Below are positions 26,476 to 40,799 of a DNA stretch of 64,000 bases, one piece after another. Numbering within the stretch: position 1 is the first letter of the stretch; each line of letters opens with the position of its first letter. Location: NCBI RefSeq assembly GCF_036321535.1, contig NC_087472.1:91452001-91516000 (forward strand), given 5' to 3'. Under the pieces are notes generated by a model that made no database searches, was not told the origin of the DNA, and saw only the letters and a list, made by a program, of their open reading frames with translations. This DNA is from Camelus dromedarius (taxonomy: Eukaryota). Both the position numbers and the translations under genes were made by a program.

Positions 26476-28819
26476 AAATCTTCCTTGGGAAATATTACGG
26501 CATAAAGTAACCCCAATTTCTAATCTCACAGTGTTCATTAGTTATAAAATGTCATGCAAATTGGTATTTTTATAATTATGAATAAAGAAATGGGATATTG
26601 ACTAATTTCGCACTTTTAATGACAAGGTTTTCTTCAGTAAGCAAAACATATCATTTTCTAACACCTTCAAATTAACTAGAACATAATTGGATGTTAATAA
26701 TATAGTACAAAATATAGTGGATAATTTCCTCACTCTTTAGACAAAGGATAGGTTGCCACAGGAAAGTAATAAAAATTAGCATTAATAAAACAAACTTTAA
26801 ATGGGCAGTTACACAAGTAAATAAAATAAACCCCTGAATTACTTGCAGTCTTTAGCATCTTATCTATTACAGGGTGGTAGTAAATATTTGCTAAACTGAA
26901 TAGAGTGCTGTCACTTTAGGAAAAAATACTTTATTCAGAGTCTTATATTAACCCTTTTGATCAATTCAATATGACACTGATCTAACTGGCAAAGTCCAGA
27001 AATAAGTATTATTTTTTTAATAGAATCTAGGTGAATAAGGTCAGGATTAAGGATGCCTGAAGAGGCACTAAACAGAAAGCAAATAAACTTAGAGCTCCCA
27101 AGAACTGTTGAATAATAACTTGAAGAACTTTAGAAGAGGGAAGAATTCACTACTCACAAATATTAGTGCTTGATTTGTGGCAATGGTACACAAGTTGAAC
27201 ACTACCACGATTTTAGATTCAGGCATTTTCTTGGATCAGATTTGTTATACATGAATTATCTCAGAATTTCCCTAAGTGTATAATTGATGAACAGAGAAAT
27301 AATCTTCTGTCAGTATATTTGATTTTGTTATTATTTAATATACCCACTCAAATTTACATTTATCTAAATTTACCATTACTTTGGATTATTTGGAAAAGAT
27401 TAATGAACTCTCTGCACTGTTTGACTTTGGAAAGTAGTTGATTCTTAGACGCAGTCAGTGGCACACCTACATTCACATTGTAATTATGGGCTACGGGAGG
27501 AATACACTTGATTCCTGGCTACAACGCCTCATTCATAACCCGAGGACAGAAAATCTTGCTTCTTTCATCTGAGTGTATGCACTGTAATTAATGACAAAAA
27601 GGGAAACAGACCATCTGTTTTTATCTTTTATTCCTATTACATCCTTTTTGTTTTAATTTTCACTAGGTCTATCTTTATGGGGCTATAAGGGTAGATCAAA
27701 GGATGTCCTCTCTTTTCAGGACCATTTTGACGACTACATGGATTCTGACCCAGGCTGTCAGTAACCCACACAAGAAGCGAGTGGTTTAAAACAGGAATCA
27801 ATAAAGGTATCTGACTTTTACTAACATTATTTAAAAAAGAACGTGAGCTGAAGGAAAGTGCAGTCAAACGTCTCTTAAAAAAAAAAACCCAAAGAATAAA
27901 ATTAGAACAGATTCATTCAAATAATTATTGTTCTTTTGTAAAAAGGACAAGTTTGAGGTTAATGTGACATTATCTATGAAATACTGCAAAACCTCTTGGC
28001 CTTGAAAGGTATGTCAACATGCTGCCAGCTTTGGGTTACCTTAGTAACTAACAGAATAAGGCCTTGTGAGTATTTAGTGACCAAGGAAAGTGGAAAGTCA
28101 TTTAGATGTTCTAAGTGGAACTGAAAATTTTTTTTCATTGCATTTAACTGGTTTGTGTTCGTTCCTTTCCTCATTTCTGAGCTTTCAGAGCAGTTAAAGA
28201 GGCTTTGAAAATAATTTGGTTAAAAAATGAGAGCAAAATTAGTATCGGGAAACCCAAGGCAAATGATTGTGCTTCAGACATAAATGATAGTTTGTATAAA
28301 ATTCTGATCTTAAATTCACATTAAAATAGAGAAAAAAGTAACACAGAAGAGATGACATGAAATGCTTGATGTCATTTTTGGTTACATTCTTGAATTTAGA
28401 TCAATTCTTTGGTTTAAAATAATCAAGATAAAAATTTTCAGTCATACCTTGGTATAATAGGATAATCTGAGTATCATTCTGGTGGCTATCTTTGCTTAAA
28501 TCATCAGGCTGAATAGAATATTTAGAATTGTTAGTGACTGGGAATTTACCCAGTTCAGTCCCTCCTTTTTCAAGGCAATATTCAGGCTAGAGAGGTCACC
28601 AAGTTCTTAGGCAGTGAGCACGGATAAGAAAACACTACTTAGCAATTGCTGCTTCTCCCTCAACCATGCTGCGTTTCTGACATCATCATGAAATGCATCA
28701 GATCTGGCCAATGAGTTATGCCAATCAGTGAACTGATTTTTTAAATATTTTTTCTACAGAACACTTGCTTTCCTAGCATAGTCTAAGCAAAACAAAAGAG
28801 AAACTAGGCTTTTTCTTGA

Positions 28820-29770
28820 ATAGCTTAAGTGAAATAGAATTTCCATACTGTAATACTTACCTTTTTTAAGTGTACAATTCAATAGCTTTTAGTTTACAGA
28901 GCTGCGTAACCACCACTGCAACCTAACTTTACAATCGTTCCATCTCCTTCAAAAGAATCCCTGTACTATTAGCAAGCACAGCCCATGTCCACCTCCCACC
29001 CCAGGTAAACGCAAATATACTTTCTATTTATATAGATTTGCCAACTCTGGATTTTTCATATAAATGAAATCATGTAATACGGAGTCTTTAGGGACAAGCA
29101 TCCTTCACTCAGCATGTTGTAGTATGTATCAGTATTTCATTCCTTTTTATTGCTCAATAATATTTCATTGTATGGATATAACACAGTTTATTTATCTACT
29201 CATCAGCCAGTGGACACTTGGATTATTTCCACTTTCTGCTTCTATTAATAATGCTGCTATGAACAAGGATGTACAAGTTTTTGTGTGGCTATACCTTTTA
29301 ATTACTCTTGGGTAGACACCTAGGAGTTAAATTGCTAGGCATTATAGTAACTCTATGTTTCATCACTTGAGGACTTGCCAGACTGTTTTCCGAAGTGGCT
29401 GCACCATTTTACATTTTTCACCAGTAATGTATGAGGTTGCAGATTTCTCCACATCTTCTCTTTATTATAGCCATCCTACTGGATGTAAAATGAAATTTCA
29501 TTGTGGTTTTGATTTGCATCTCCCTGATGATTAATAATATTGAGCATATTTTTCATGTATTTATTGGCCATTTGCATGTCTTCTTTGGAGAAATGTCTAT
29601 TCAGATTCTTTGCATTTTAAGGTTATTTGTCTATTATTGAATTTTAAGAGTTCTTTAAATATTCTGTATACAAGTTCCTTATTAGAAATACAATTTGCAA
29701 GTATTTTATCTCAATTTGTAGTTGTCTTTTTGCTTTCTTGATGGTGTCTTTTAATGTGCAAAAGTTTTAC
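28820..29770 (-). mobile_element. L1MB-like 3' region
   Basis: aagtgtacaattcaat...ttccactttctg...gtggctgcaccattttaca...tgtggttttgatttgcat...ctttggagaaatgtctattcaga. Confidence 0.85.
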
Positions 29771-29836
29771 ACAGGGGATTTATGGACCTTTAATGTAATG
29801 GGTTAGCCATGGTATTGAGTTTCCATGGAAATTTTG

Positions 29837-30466
29837 TGTACTAGTTTTATATTGATGTTTAACAAATGAGCACAAACTTACAGCAGTTGCTTACAGCAAC
29901 ACAAATTTATTATCTCAGTTTCCATGGGTCAGGAGTTTGGCACATTTTAGTGGGGGGCCTCTGCTAAGGGCCTCAAAAGGCTGTAATCAAGATGTTGGCC
30001 AGCTGTGTCCCCCTGTAGAAGCTTGACTAGGGAAATCTCCCCTTTCAATCTTCCTTAAGCTGTTGGAAAAATTCATTTCCTTAAGGTTATATAACTGAGA
30101 TTCCCAGTTTCCTTGCTTTCTGTCAGCCAGGGATAGCTCTCAGCTCCTAGATGCCACTCTTGGGGTCCTTGCCATATGGTCCTCTCCAGAGGCCAATTTT
30201 CAATATGAATATTTGCTCCTTCAAGGCCAGAAGAATTTTTCTCACACTTTGAATCCCTCTGACTTCAGGAAGGGCCAAATCTCCCTTTAAGGAACTCACC
30301 TGATTAGGCCAGGCCCACCTAATTAAAAGTCAACTGATTAGCAACCTAACCATGGGATTTATATCTCACTATATTCACAGCTTCCACCCACATTCAAGGA
30401 TTGTAAAGGATGTGCCCACCAGGGGGTGGGAATCTTGGGAGCCATTTTAGGATTCTGCCTACCACA
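29837..30466 (-). mobile_element. MaLR solo LTR (MLT1E-like)
   Basis: acaaatttattatctcagtttccatgggtcaggag...gaatcttgggagccattttaggattctgcctaccaca. Confidence 0.8.
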
Positions 30467-31104
30467 CTCTGGAAAGGTAACTATTTCTATAAGGAGAGAT
30501 TTTTATGGGAAATAGTTTAGTTATTTCATTTGTGATTTTGACTTCTATTTAGAGGTAAAAAATATAATAACATGGAGTTTTTGTACCTGAGTTATGTTAT
30601 ATTCACCTATTTTTTTGTTGTCTTTTGAGAAAACAAAAGGTTAGGAATGAACATATAAATAAAATATTTTTCAAATAGGTCATGCTTCAAATAATTATAC
30701 CATATGATTATTACAAGGGCTAATGGTATTGAAACAGTAGTGTTCTCATAAAATATATTTGGAAAAACAATTTAAAGGTAAAATATTTTTAATCTTCAAA
30801 TATTCATGTTAAAGTCAAACTTCTCCTCCAACTCCCATCCCTTTCTCATGCCCATGAAGCAAGCAAGGAATGGAGTAATTAGCTTATATGGCTTCAGAAT
30901 AAATAAGAGAGAAAATATTAGTGGAAATAATAATCTTGGATAATGCATAATACTATTTTTATTATTGTTGCTACATACAGTATATTATTTTTGATTTCAC
31001 AATGCTCTGTGTCTTTAAACAACTATGGAAGCTTCTGATAACTGAATCTTTATGGCAAAAGAAAAATTCTTTTGCTATTTCTTGCTTAGAGCAATTTGGT
31101 TGAT

Positions 31105-31325
31105 AACATTGAATTGTATAGTGGAAATTTGCTAAGAGAGAAGAACTTAAATATTCTCACCAAAAACAAAAAGAAAATTGTGTGAGGTGATGGATGTGTT
31201 AATTACCTAGATGGGGGGAACTTCTTTCACAATGTATACATATACCAAATTGCCATGATGTACACTTTAAATACCTTATAAGTTTATTTGTCAGTTATAC
31301 CTCAATAAAGCTGAAATTTTTAAAA
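31105..31325 (+). mobile_element. L1 3' terminal fragment
   Basis: aaatttgctaagagag...gtgaggtgatggatgtgttaatta...tacactttaaata...tacctcaataaagctg. Confidence 0.85.
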
Positions 31326-31584
31326 AAGCAGTTTGGGCTGTGGTCTGGGTACAGGAGGATGAGTTAACAGCTTGAGCCAAGGAAGAATTAAATCATGGCT
31401 GTTGAACAGGTGGAGTTGTCCTGCCAGATGAGAGCATGGAAGTATCCTGGAAAAGAATTCAAGCTATGTCTACTGCTGTGGCACAGACATATCTGAATGC
31501 TTCTGATGAGCATGTGACATGACCAAAGAAGAGTCTGTATGTAGGAGTTGCTAGAAACTTCTTTAAAGAGAACTCATTTGAAGG

Positions 31585-32000
31585 TGCTTGTTTTTGTTTT
31601 TTCCAGATTTGGGACCTGAGACAAGAATTCAAGTTCAAGTAGTTTAGTTGGGAAGTGCAGGTAATGTTGGTAGTAGAATGGGGTCATGAGACAAGGCAGG
31701 GAAGGTAGCCAATAAATTAGGCCAACTACCATAGTGGGTACCTGGAGCTGAAATCCTCTGGGAAACAGCACATAATACCCACCTAGAGTTGCCGAGAGGT
31801 GGGGGAGCTGGGAAGTTCATACAACTATCCTGAGAATCAATGGTTGAGGGTGCTCCCAAGGGGTGTTATGTTAATTTCACAGCACTTCCTTGCACTGGGG
31901 AGATCCTTAGGGATAGGGATATAGATTTGGGTAACTGGAAGCCTACAGAAACATACATGAAGTTCTGGGGACGCAGACAGACACTGACAATATCTGATAC
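31585..32000 (-). mobile_element. ERVL LTR (LTR16-like)
   Basis: acctgagacaagaattcaagttcaagtagtttagttgggaagtg...ggagctggga...tggttgagggtgctcc. Confidence 0.65.
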
Positions 32001-33289
32001 AGGCTTAATCTAGACTTACATGCACAAAGGGAAGAGAAACATTCTGCTTTTTGCTTGAATCCATTTCTCCAGCTACTTGGATATTTATGTAAGTGCTAAA
32101 ATGAAAGAACACTTTTAAGTAAAGACTGAAAAAGGTATTTCATTAAACCTCATTAACATATGTACTAGAAGTAACTGCTTCAGAAGCCAACTTAACAGAG
32201 GGGGAAAGATCTACTCTCTCTTTTCCACTGAGAATAGAATATTCCTGGTACAGCCTTGTCACAATCTGATAGTGAACTTGCTCTTGAGCACATCACTCTT
32301 GGGGTTTCCTAAACGCCCTGGAAAAGTGGGTCAGGGCTAGAAAATCTGTTCCTATTGTCAAGGCAACCACATTTCCATAGACTAGTGAGGCCTGGGAAGA
32401 TGACCTGAGCAGTGAAACATTTACAGAAGCCTCACTCTTTACCTAGTTCTCTCCCATGTCCATTACGCTCTGTCTATTTCTGTTTCTGTTTCTGTATGTC
32501 TGTTTCTGCTCTATTTCATCTCCTGTGGACTGACTGGAAATAATATGATGAGAACCAACTCTCAGGTTGTATTATGAGATATGTGATCAGAAACTACAAA
32601 TAGAAAAGAAACTCTCTGTCTGCCTATTCATAGACTCATCTAGTAGTCCTCCCAAGAACACAAAGTCCTGGGTTTAATCACTTTATATTTTTTGTTGCTT
32701 TTTTGGTATCATGGGGCTCAATTAGAGAGAACCAGGCAGATCTCAGTATTGCTGTTCATTTATCTGCAAAAGTACATTGGGTTACACTCCATGCTATAGA
32801 TAAATTTGTAATCTCCATGTGCTCTTACATTGCCTTTGAAAGTTTTTTTTCCCAGACTGATTCTTTGTCCTCTATTCTCACATTTTCCACTTTTAGAAGC
32901 CTTCAGTTATAGAGTGCATCCCTTCTAGTGCAATGTCCCTTCCAGCAGGCTGTGCCACTCAAGGCCCTTGCTGATGCTCATGTCCTTGGCATTTATTGTC
33001 CAGCTTCCATAGATTCCAACAGTCATCCTTTCTGTCTGGGCCACTGTGGAGAAGAACCCAGGGTCCTAACATTTTGAAAATCAATACCTGTTTTTCTCAT
33101 CTGGGTAAGGTGAACCCAAACCTCAAGGAGATCAGACTTTACTGTTCTCTTTAGGGTGAGGGTAGACTGGAAAGGAAAAATCCTACCTGTTTATCCACAA
33201 TGAGTCCTTTGTGGGAATTAGACTTGGGTTATTCTTCAGAAAGTTAATCTGCCTTGTATGCTTCAGTTTATTGAATTTTCACCAAGGCA

Positions 33290-33430
33290 AATTTTAATCT
33301 TTCCATTTTCAAGATTAGGAAAATGAGACCAAAGGAGGGGAAATAATTCAACCCAGTTTGTCCATCCAGGAAGTAGCAGAGCTAAGATGAGAAACAAAGA
33401 CTGAAACCAAAGCACATGTTCTCTGCACTG
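33290..33430 (-). mobile_element. MIR SINE
   Basis: ccattttcaagattaggaaaatgagacc...gtagcagagctaagatgagaaac. Confidence 0.55.
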
Positions 33431-36400
33431 ATCCACCCCATTTCTCCCAAATAAAGAGCTAGCCGTATCTTTAAAAAGTTTGGTTTTTTTTTCTTGATAT
33501 AAGTATATACTGTATTTTGAAGGATTTTTAAAGTTTATGAATTGTATAGATAATGACATTAAGAAAAAATAATGTGAGAACTATTCAGAACTAATTCCTA
33601 GGGAGAAATATGTAAAAATGAACTACATAAGAGCTAAAGCAAAATAAAAAGGTAAAACTATTTTTTACCACTAGGAGTAGGAAACAGATCAATAAGGAGT
33701 CATATCCATGACTCTTTGGGTTGAGACACTGCTGGTCAATTGCTATTGAAAGTCAGATCATTTGTTGACGATACCCTTCAGCCTACAAGAAAGATTACAT
33801 TGACAATGACTGCTTTTGGGACACAGAGTAAAATTAACTTCTAGGCTATCCCCGTCAAGGACCATTAAGTCCTGAACTATGAGGGACACTATGAACAAGT
33901 CGTATTTTAACCTCCCATGAGCACACAGCCGGCAGATTTCGCCCCGTCTCCTCCCTTCAACATATCTGACCTTCACTGAAATTTATGTGAAAATGAAAAG
34001 GGAAAAGAAAGCTGTGGCCCTGCCAAATTCTGACGATGTTACTCATTTTAATTACTGGTATTTGGAAATTAAATGGCCTAGGGCTTGTTCGGCAATTTGT
34101 TTCAGGAAAAAAAAATGATTTAAGCAAGCCATGGAGTTCCAGCATCTTTTTACAGCAGGTGTTGAACAAGGCGTTCATTTTTCTTTTTACAGAGTGTCCT
34201 TGTAAGCATAATAACAATTAGGAGCAAGGCCTTCACATGGAAACCTCAGGCTCGTTCTGACATTCTTCCTTTGGCTACATCATTGCTTATAGTTTCCTTC
34301 AGCCAGCTTTGCAAATGCCTGCACTTGAATGTTTCCTTTAAATAATGTCACACATTGAAGACGTTTTTTTGTTTGTTTGTAGAGGTAAAGATTTTAAAGG
34401 TTAACATGAAGAGTACTTTAAGGTTAATTCAACTGCTTTTCCTGTCCTTATATTCTATTCTCTACCTCTGGGTTTAGTTAAAATGCCATTAATACAATAC
34501 ATTGAGGCAGTTTAAAAGAAAGGAAGGAGGGAGTATAAATAAACTTTGATTTGAATACATGTTTTTATCCATTGAAATGGGCCATCAGCTCATATTTTCA
34601 TGTATAATAGGTCACACTCGGACTATAATTTAAAAACAGCTATTTTAAAAGCTTGGAAAGTTCTATGTGAAATTCTTCCAACCACCAATTGATTTCAGAT
34701 CCTTTTTACCTTTTAATAAACTTTTTTCATTCACTCTAAAAAGGTGCTCAATTAAAATCAACATGCTGGGCTTTTTGCTATCCTGTTTGGTTTAAGACCT
34801 GCTAATAAACAATTGCGTATTTCTGAAATGAAACATGAATGTGAGCTAAAACACAATGTCATCTTTTAATACCAGCATATATTCACTCAGAAATTCTCAA
34901 GGTAAGACAAAAATAGCTTACTGTTGTGCATGCAGTATGTATGGCATAGTATAACTATTAGATATTATATTTTAATTCTTATATGCTATACAGTCTTATA
35001 TGAAATTATGATACAATGGTGGTGGCTGATGAGAACCAGCCAGGAAAAAGTATTAAAACAATATGGCATCCAATCAGGTGGTAAGAGGATTAGCGAAGTT
35101 CAATCAAGTGGGAGATAACCAATACTGTAAGAGAGGGCTACTATGTCCTGGCCTTGACCACAAATTGAAATTGTGGCCCCGAGTCTTAGACCCATTAGTT
35201 ACATCTTTGTGGCTATAAAAGCAAAAAAATTAACTAAAATCAAAACCATAGTAATATTACTTTATATTAAATTTAGGATTACCTTTTGCTAGTTCAGTGA
35301 TGACTTCTGTATGTTTTCTTTGAAGATGTTTAACATATTTAAAAGAATCTGGTGTATTTGAGAAACTGACATGTGAATCGATTTTCATTTGAAATGGTTA
35401 TTTAATATTAGACTTGTGACTTTGACTTTAAAGGTTTAAGAGAATCTTACTGAATTTATAAGAGTATTTAAATGTATAAATGGTCCTGATCCATTGTATT
35501 AATGTTTCTGCTTTATGTGATTCATAGGAGTTGCTTAGGTGGACAGGAAAATTTAGTTTGTTGGGTTTATAGTATTGTCCTGGGAGGCTTTTGAAGAACT
35601 TGTGCGAATCAGATATATTAAATTTGTAAATGTAGATTAAAATTCTTAAGGGAATTTAATTAATTAAATTTGAGGTTGTTTAGGGTAATTTAATCTATTA
35701 AATGTGAGCTAGTGAACATCAATCAAAGAATATGTGTCAATGATTATTTACAATTTTAGGTTAAAAGCCCTAGATTTGCAAGCAGTATGACAAGCTTTGT
35801 AATTGAATATAAATGCATGAGAAAATCTGAGTTAGCAAATCTGATTAGTTTTTAACTTTACCAAAATATTCATTTAAAATATATGCAGCAGCAAAAAATT
35901 TCTTTTGGGAGCAAAAAAACCTACCCTCAAATGTTTAAAAAAAACTCAAAGTAAGAGTCCATATTTGATAAGCATTAATTTTTATATTCATAATTACAGT
36001 CCAACTTTTGTGAGGGCATTGCTATATCTAAACTTTTTCTGCAACCTCCCCCCTTACTCCAAATACCTAACACATCCTATGAGGACATGTTCAACGTAGA
36101 TGTTTGTTGTGACTGAAACTGTCAAATAATCAAATGATAATGATCACCTTTTGCAGTGTGTGATGGAGAAAATCAGTTCAGTTGAAGCACTGTTTGTTGA
36201 AAATCAGTTTTGAGATGAAATCAAGACTATTAAAATTTTCCATGTAGGAGTTTTATAAAAAGGGCCCAAATACAAGATGCTAAGAGCTTTGAAGGTGACT
36301 CTTCCTCCTCACTATCCTGAGATTTTTGAGTAACAAGAAAAAGATAAAATTAAGAAAGAAGAGGGGGATGCAGGAGAGGAGGAGACATGGAAGTATTGCC

Positions 36401-36479
36401 TTGGATGAAAAATTGTAGTAAATATTCTCTAACATTCTTTCTAGCTTGGATATATCTTAATGCCAAGGATGGGGATGGG

Positions 36480-36600
36480 ATAACAGCACTATATCGTGGA
36501 TACTGAGGAAAATCAGGCACTGAAAGTTAAGTAATCTGCCCAAAGTCACCCAGTTAGTAAAGCACAGCACTGGGACTCAAATCCAGGCAGCCTACCCTTA
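36480..36600 (-). mobile_element. MIR SINE
   Basis: tgaggaaaatcaggcac...gttaagtaatctgcccaaagtcacccagttagtaa...ggactcaaatccaggcag. Confidence 0.75.
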
Positions 36601-36615
36601 TTCTTCTCAATATGT

Positions 36616-36755
36616 TACATTTTTAAAATTTCTACTTTTTTTGGGAGGGGGTAGGTAATTAGGTTTATTTATTTTTTCATGGCAGTACCAGGGATTGAAC
36701 CCAAGACCTTGCGCATGCTCAGCACGCACTTTACCACTGAGCTAGGCCCTCCCCC
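36616..36755 (-). mobile_element. tRNA-derived SINE (Vic-1-like)
   Basis: ggtaattaggtttatt...gggattgaacccaagacc...ccactgagcta...ctcccc; TSD ctcaatatgt at 36606-36615 and 36756-36765. Confidence 0.9.
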
Positions 36756-36869
36756 CTCAATATGTCATTGATAAAGGATTTATTGAATAATTACTATGGA
36801 GTAAATGGCAGGTGGCAGTGAGCTCGCTAAAGAAAAGTAAAGCCACCTAAAGGGCACAGACAGTGAAAG

Positions 36870-37180
36870 AGTGGGAGGAAACGCGTGTAGATATGTTGGT
36901 CATGAAATACCTCTCTGAGGAGATGGGTGGAGATTTGAAAGAAAGAAAGGAGAGGGCCACATGACAATCAGGAATAACACGATTGATTGAGGCTGATGGA
37001 TTTGCCAGTGCAAGGTCCCTAAAGTGGGAGCAGGCAGAAAGAGCTTCAGGAATTGCGAGAAAGCCAGTGCAGCTATGGGAAGTAGGGAAGTGAACAGTTA
37101 AAAAGTAGGAAATTAAGTCTCAGAGGTGGCCAGGGACCAAATGACACTGAACCTATAGGACATAATAAAGAACTTATTTC
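36870..37180 (-). mobile_element. L2 fragment
   Basis: cctctctgaggagatg...cagtgcaaggtccctaaagtgggag...aaagccagtgcagct. Confidence 0.65.
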
Positions 37181-37719
37181 AAAATACTGATGGTATTTGT
37201 AGCTATCAGTTCTTGACTACACATTTTAAGGAAAGTACGTGGCATTTATTAGCCAGTCTGTAAATATGTGGAGAAGAATGCAACAGGAAACTTCTTGGAG
37301 ACAATGCCATGTGAGGACAGGGTGATGTGTGTTAAGAACTGTGACAGCAGAGCTGGAGTTCTTGGGAGAATCTGGACAAATAGTATTTACTGAGAAATTT
37401 AAAGTCAGTGTAAGGAAATTGTCAATTTGTAAGTAAAATGAATGATCCATTTGTAGAGTAAACTGCTTTTTATCATAAATAACTGAAAGGGATAAAGTGA
37501 TTAAGAATTATGTAAAAGTTGGTTTCATCAGAAGCTACTCACCTATAAATATAATAATAAAGTATAATTAAAATTGCTCTCTCCACTTTTGTTAATTAAA
37601 ATTATCTTCAAAATTCCATTTATCTGTCATTTCAAAATTATTCATTCTGTGTGTTCCTATGATCCACTCTCTGACAAAACCCTAAATTTCCCCAACCTTA
37701 ACATGTAGAATTTGTATTC

Positions 37720-37897
37720 CAGTGGTCCTCAATAGTGGGCTATTTCTATTCCTAAAAGCCATTTGTCATAATGACCACAGGTAGGATCATTAGAAGGTAA
37801 AGGCTTGGCTGCTAAATGTCCTGCCCTCTTAGGGACAGTTCTTCACAATAAAATGTTCTTTCCCAAATGACACTACTACTCTAGTTGAAAGCACTGC
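37720..37897. mobile_element. MER20/MER3-like hAT MITE
   Basis: cagtggtcctcaa...gctgctaaatgtcctgc...gggacagttcttcacaataaa...gttgaaagcactg, with terminal inverted repeats. Confidence 0.6.
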
Positions 37898-40799
37898 ACA
37901 CGGTTGAGATTCCTTTTAATTTAGTAAGGAATATATATTTTTGTACCAAATAAATATCCAAAGATGAAGATTTCCTGCCCAACATTTTACTAATTTTAAT
38001 AATTTTCCCACAGCCTATTTTAGGCTGCCTCACATCAGTGGCTTCTTTTATTTAGTCTTCTAATCAACTAGAAAACTGAGTGATTTTTCTAGACCAGATT
38101 ACAGGGATAATACTATTGGAAGTATTTGTTTGACCTGATTCACAGGCATTTTTATGCATGCACATATTATACAGCTCCATATAGAAAGGTAAATCCATTC
38201 TATTTGAAAAGGTCAAACAAATATTTACAATTGGATTCCATCACAGGCCATATATTTTCATCAAAAATGAAGGATTCAGGCACATTGGTAGTTAAATATG
38301 TGTGGCCATTTGTTTTCTAATGGCTAGAGTTCTGTGCTTTCTGCCTGATTGATTAGTAGTTGGAACAGATTGGCAGGTGAGAAATGGATGATTGGGCAAA
38401 TTCTATATAGGGATTCATCTTCAACATCCTCCAGCACCTAACCATTAACATAATTAGCTAACATGGCTCCCTCAGGTTTTACAACTTATAAGGCCATAAT
38501 GGGTACCATTTTCAGTTATTAACACGCAGAAGAATAACTCATGAGCATATTTTCTTGACCTTGATTTTTTTCTTTCACAAGTTGCCAATGGCAGACAAAG
38601 TAATTTATAAAGAGACATTTCATGCCAAGGGAACTAGCAAGGCTGAAACGCAGCTAAATCTATTCCAGTTTGGTAGTTATCTCAATAAGCACTTTTTATT
38701 TGTTTGGGGCTTTAGATTTTAGAAATCACTTTCACCCACACTGCCTCCATTGCTTCTCACTACATCCCTGTAAACTAGGCAGGCAAATATCATTGCCATT
38801 AAACATTGCTTCGAAGAGGTAATATACAACTAATATACTACTGGTAGGTTAACTGATTTCCCAGAGGTCACTTGGCTGGTGTGAGCTCAAAATAAGATTT
38901 TTTGATTTGCAACCCATTCATTCTGTCTTTTTAAATTTCATCATTGAAATAAAGAAAACTAGGATTGGAAACCCTGCATTCTGTATTTGGGTACAATCTG
39001 GATGAGACTGTATGCACGCAAGACTATAGATTACTGGTAATTTATCACAGTGAGTGAAAACTAAGTAAACTTTCTCACTTTCATTTGACCATTTAATGCC
39101 TTAAACTCTGTCTTAAATTACAATGAAAGCTCATTTGGACATATTGCAGAAAATACAATGGACCCTTTTGTGATCTGAAGAAATTTAAAAATTAAAAGCC
39201 ATGAAGAGTCAACGATTTCAAATGGCCTGACAAATTACTATAAGGCCAGTAATAGTCCACAGAAGGTTTCTTTGGATGAAAAAGGAAAGTCTGCAGGAAA
39301 GATGGCCTCATATTCAGTCTGAGTCAGTCAATTCATTAAACAGCACAGCAACAAAACAAAGCTATGTTATTTTCCCCCAATTGATGGTGTCTTTTTTTTT
39401 TCCTTTTTCCCTTTTTCAGATAGTAGTTTGGCATCCTAGTAATCCTAGTAGACCCATAAGATATAAATACACAGTTTGACTAAAGCTATTTGTTATAGAC
39501 ACTCCATTTCAGATACCACACTTAACTCCTTTAGTTAAGGGAATTATATAAACGTGTCCCCTGAAAATGAATATTAGTTTCTCGGTGTGGGACTCAATAC
39601 ATAAAAAGCAAACAAAATTTAAGTTTTAAAGAAATATATAAAAGAGTGCACCAACATATTTGAGGAATGAAGACACAGCAAAAAGGCAAGGACAGTTATA
39701 ATTTCAAGAATGAGCAACTTACAATGATGTTTAATTTTTCTGAACATTAAAACATGGGTTTTATTAGTAATAAAATCTCAGAAGAGGGCATTACCCAGGG
39801 AAATTATTGACCGTGTGAAGTTAATGAACCTCTCCCTTGCCTTGGGCTATGAAACCTTTTAGCTAGTCACCCATCAATCTTGGAAAATGCCTATTCCAGG
39901 ATCATTAATGTGTAAGAAAGTTGAGAAAAGAGTGATGTAGGAATAAAAAAGATACAAAAAAGGATACAAAGTTTACATCTAAGGAGTCATCACTAGGAAT
40001 TTTAAAAGAAATGTTCTATCAAGCAACTATGGAGATTCCCTGTGCCTGCCTGCCTATCTCTGTCTATTTTCATTTCTCTCTCTCTCTCTGGCTTTGAGAC
40101 CTACACTAATTCAGGAAAAAACCCATTTATTCCAAGAAAAATAACTTTAAGTTACTTTACTAAAATCCAAAGACAATTATTTAGACTAAATCAATCTTAA
40201 GAAATGTTGAGACATTTGGCAGGCAGGGCAGGGAAAGGGGAGGCAGGAAGGGGTGCAAGGGAGAGGAGGAGGACTTGGGAGAGAAATGCAGCTCTTGATA
40301 ACTGAAGAGGCAGCAAGCTGGGGTTAACACTCCAGCCAGCACCTTAGTAGAGTTGTTTCCTCATCACTATGGTGTTTAGACAATGTAATGTGACATTAGG
40401 AAATAAACGGGCTAATCTTACCTTGCCTACTACATTTTTCGGATCTGTGTTTGTTCTTAGTAAATGATTAAATATTTCATTTTAATAGACCACTTTGGGG
40501 GCATAAAAATGCATGACGCCACCATTTTCAAATAATTTATTCAGGTCAGCCTGAAAATTCCAAATGGTATTCGGAATACTTCTTAAAGTAATTTGTCATT
40601 TCCCATGTTTTACATTTACTGTTTTATGTTGAACGGAAAAAAATTAACCTAATAAGAATTACTGTTATTATATTGCAAAGCTGAAATGTAGAATGATTGA
40701 TGGCTAAAGTTCAATTACAGTCTTTGAATAAATCCTTTTTATTCTCATTGGAAAAAGGCCCAAAAAGGAAAGGCTGGTTTAAAGCAAAAATAACATTTA

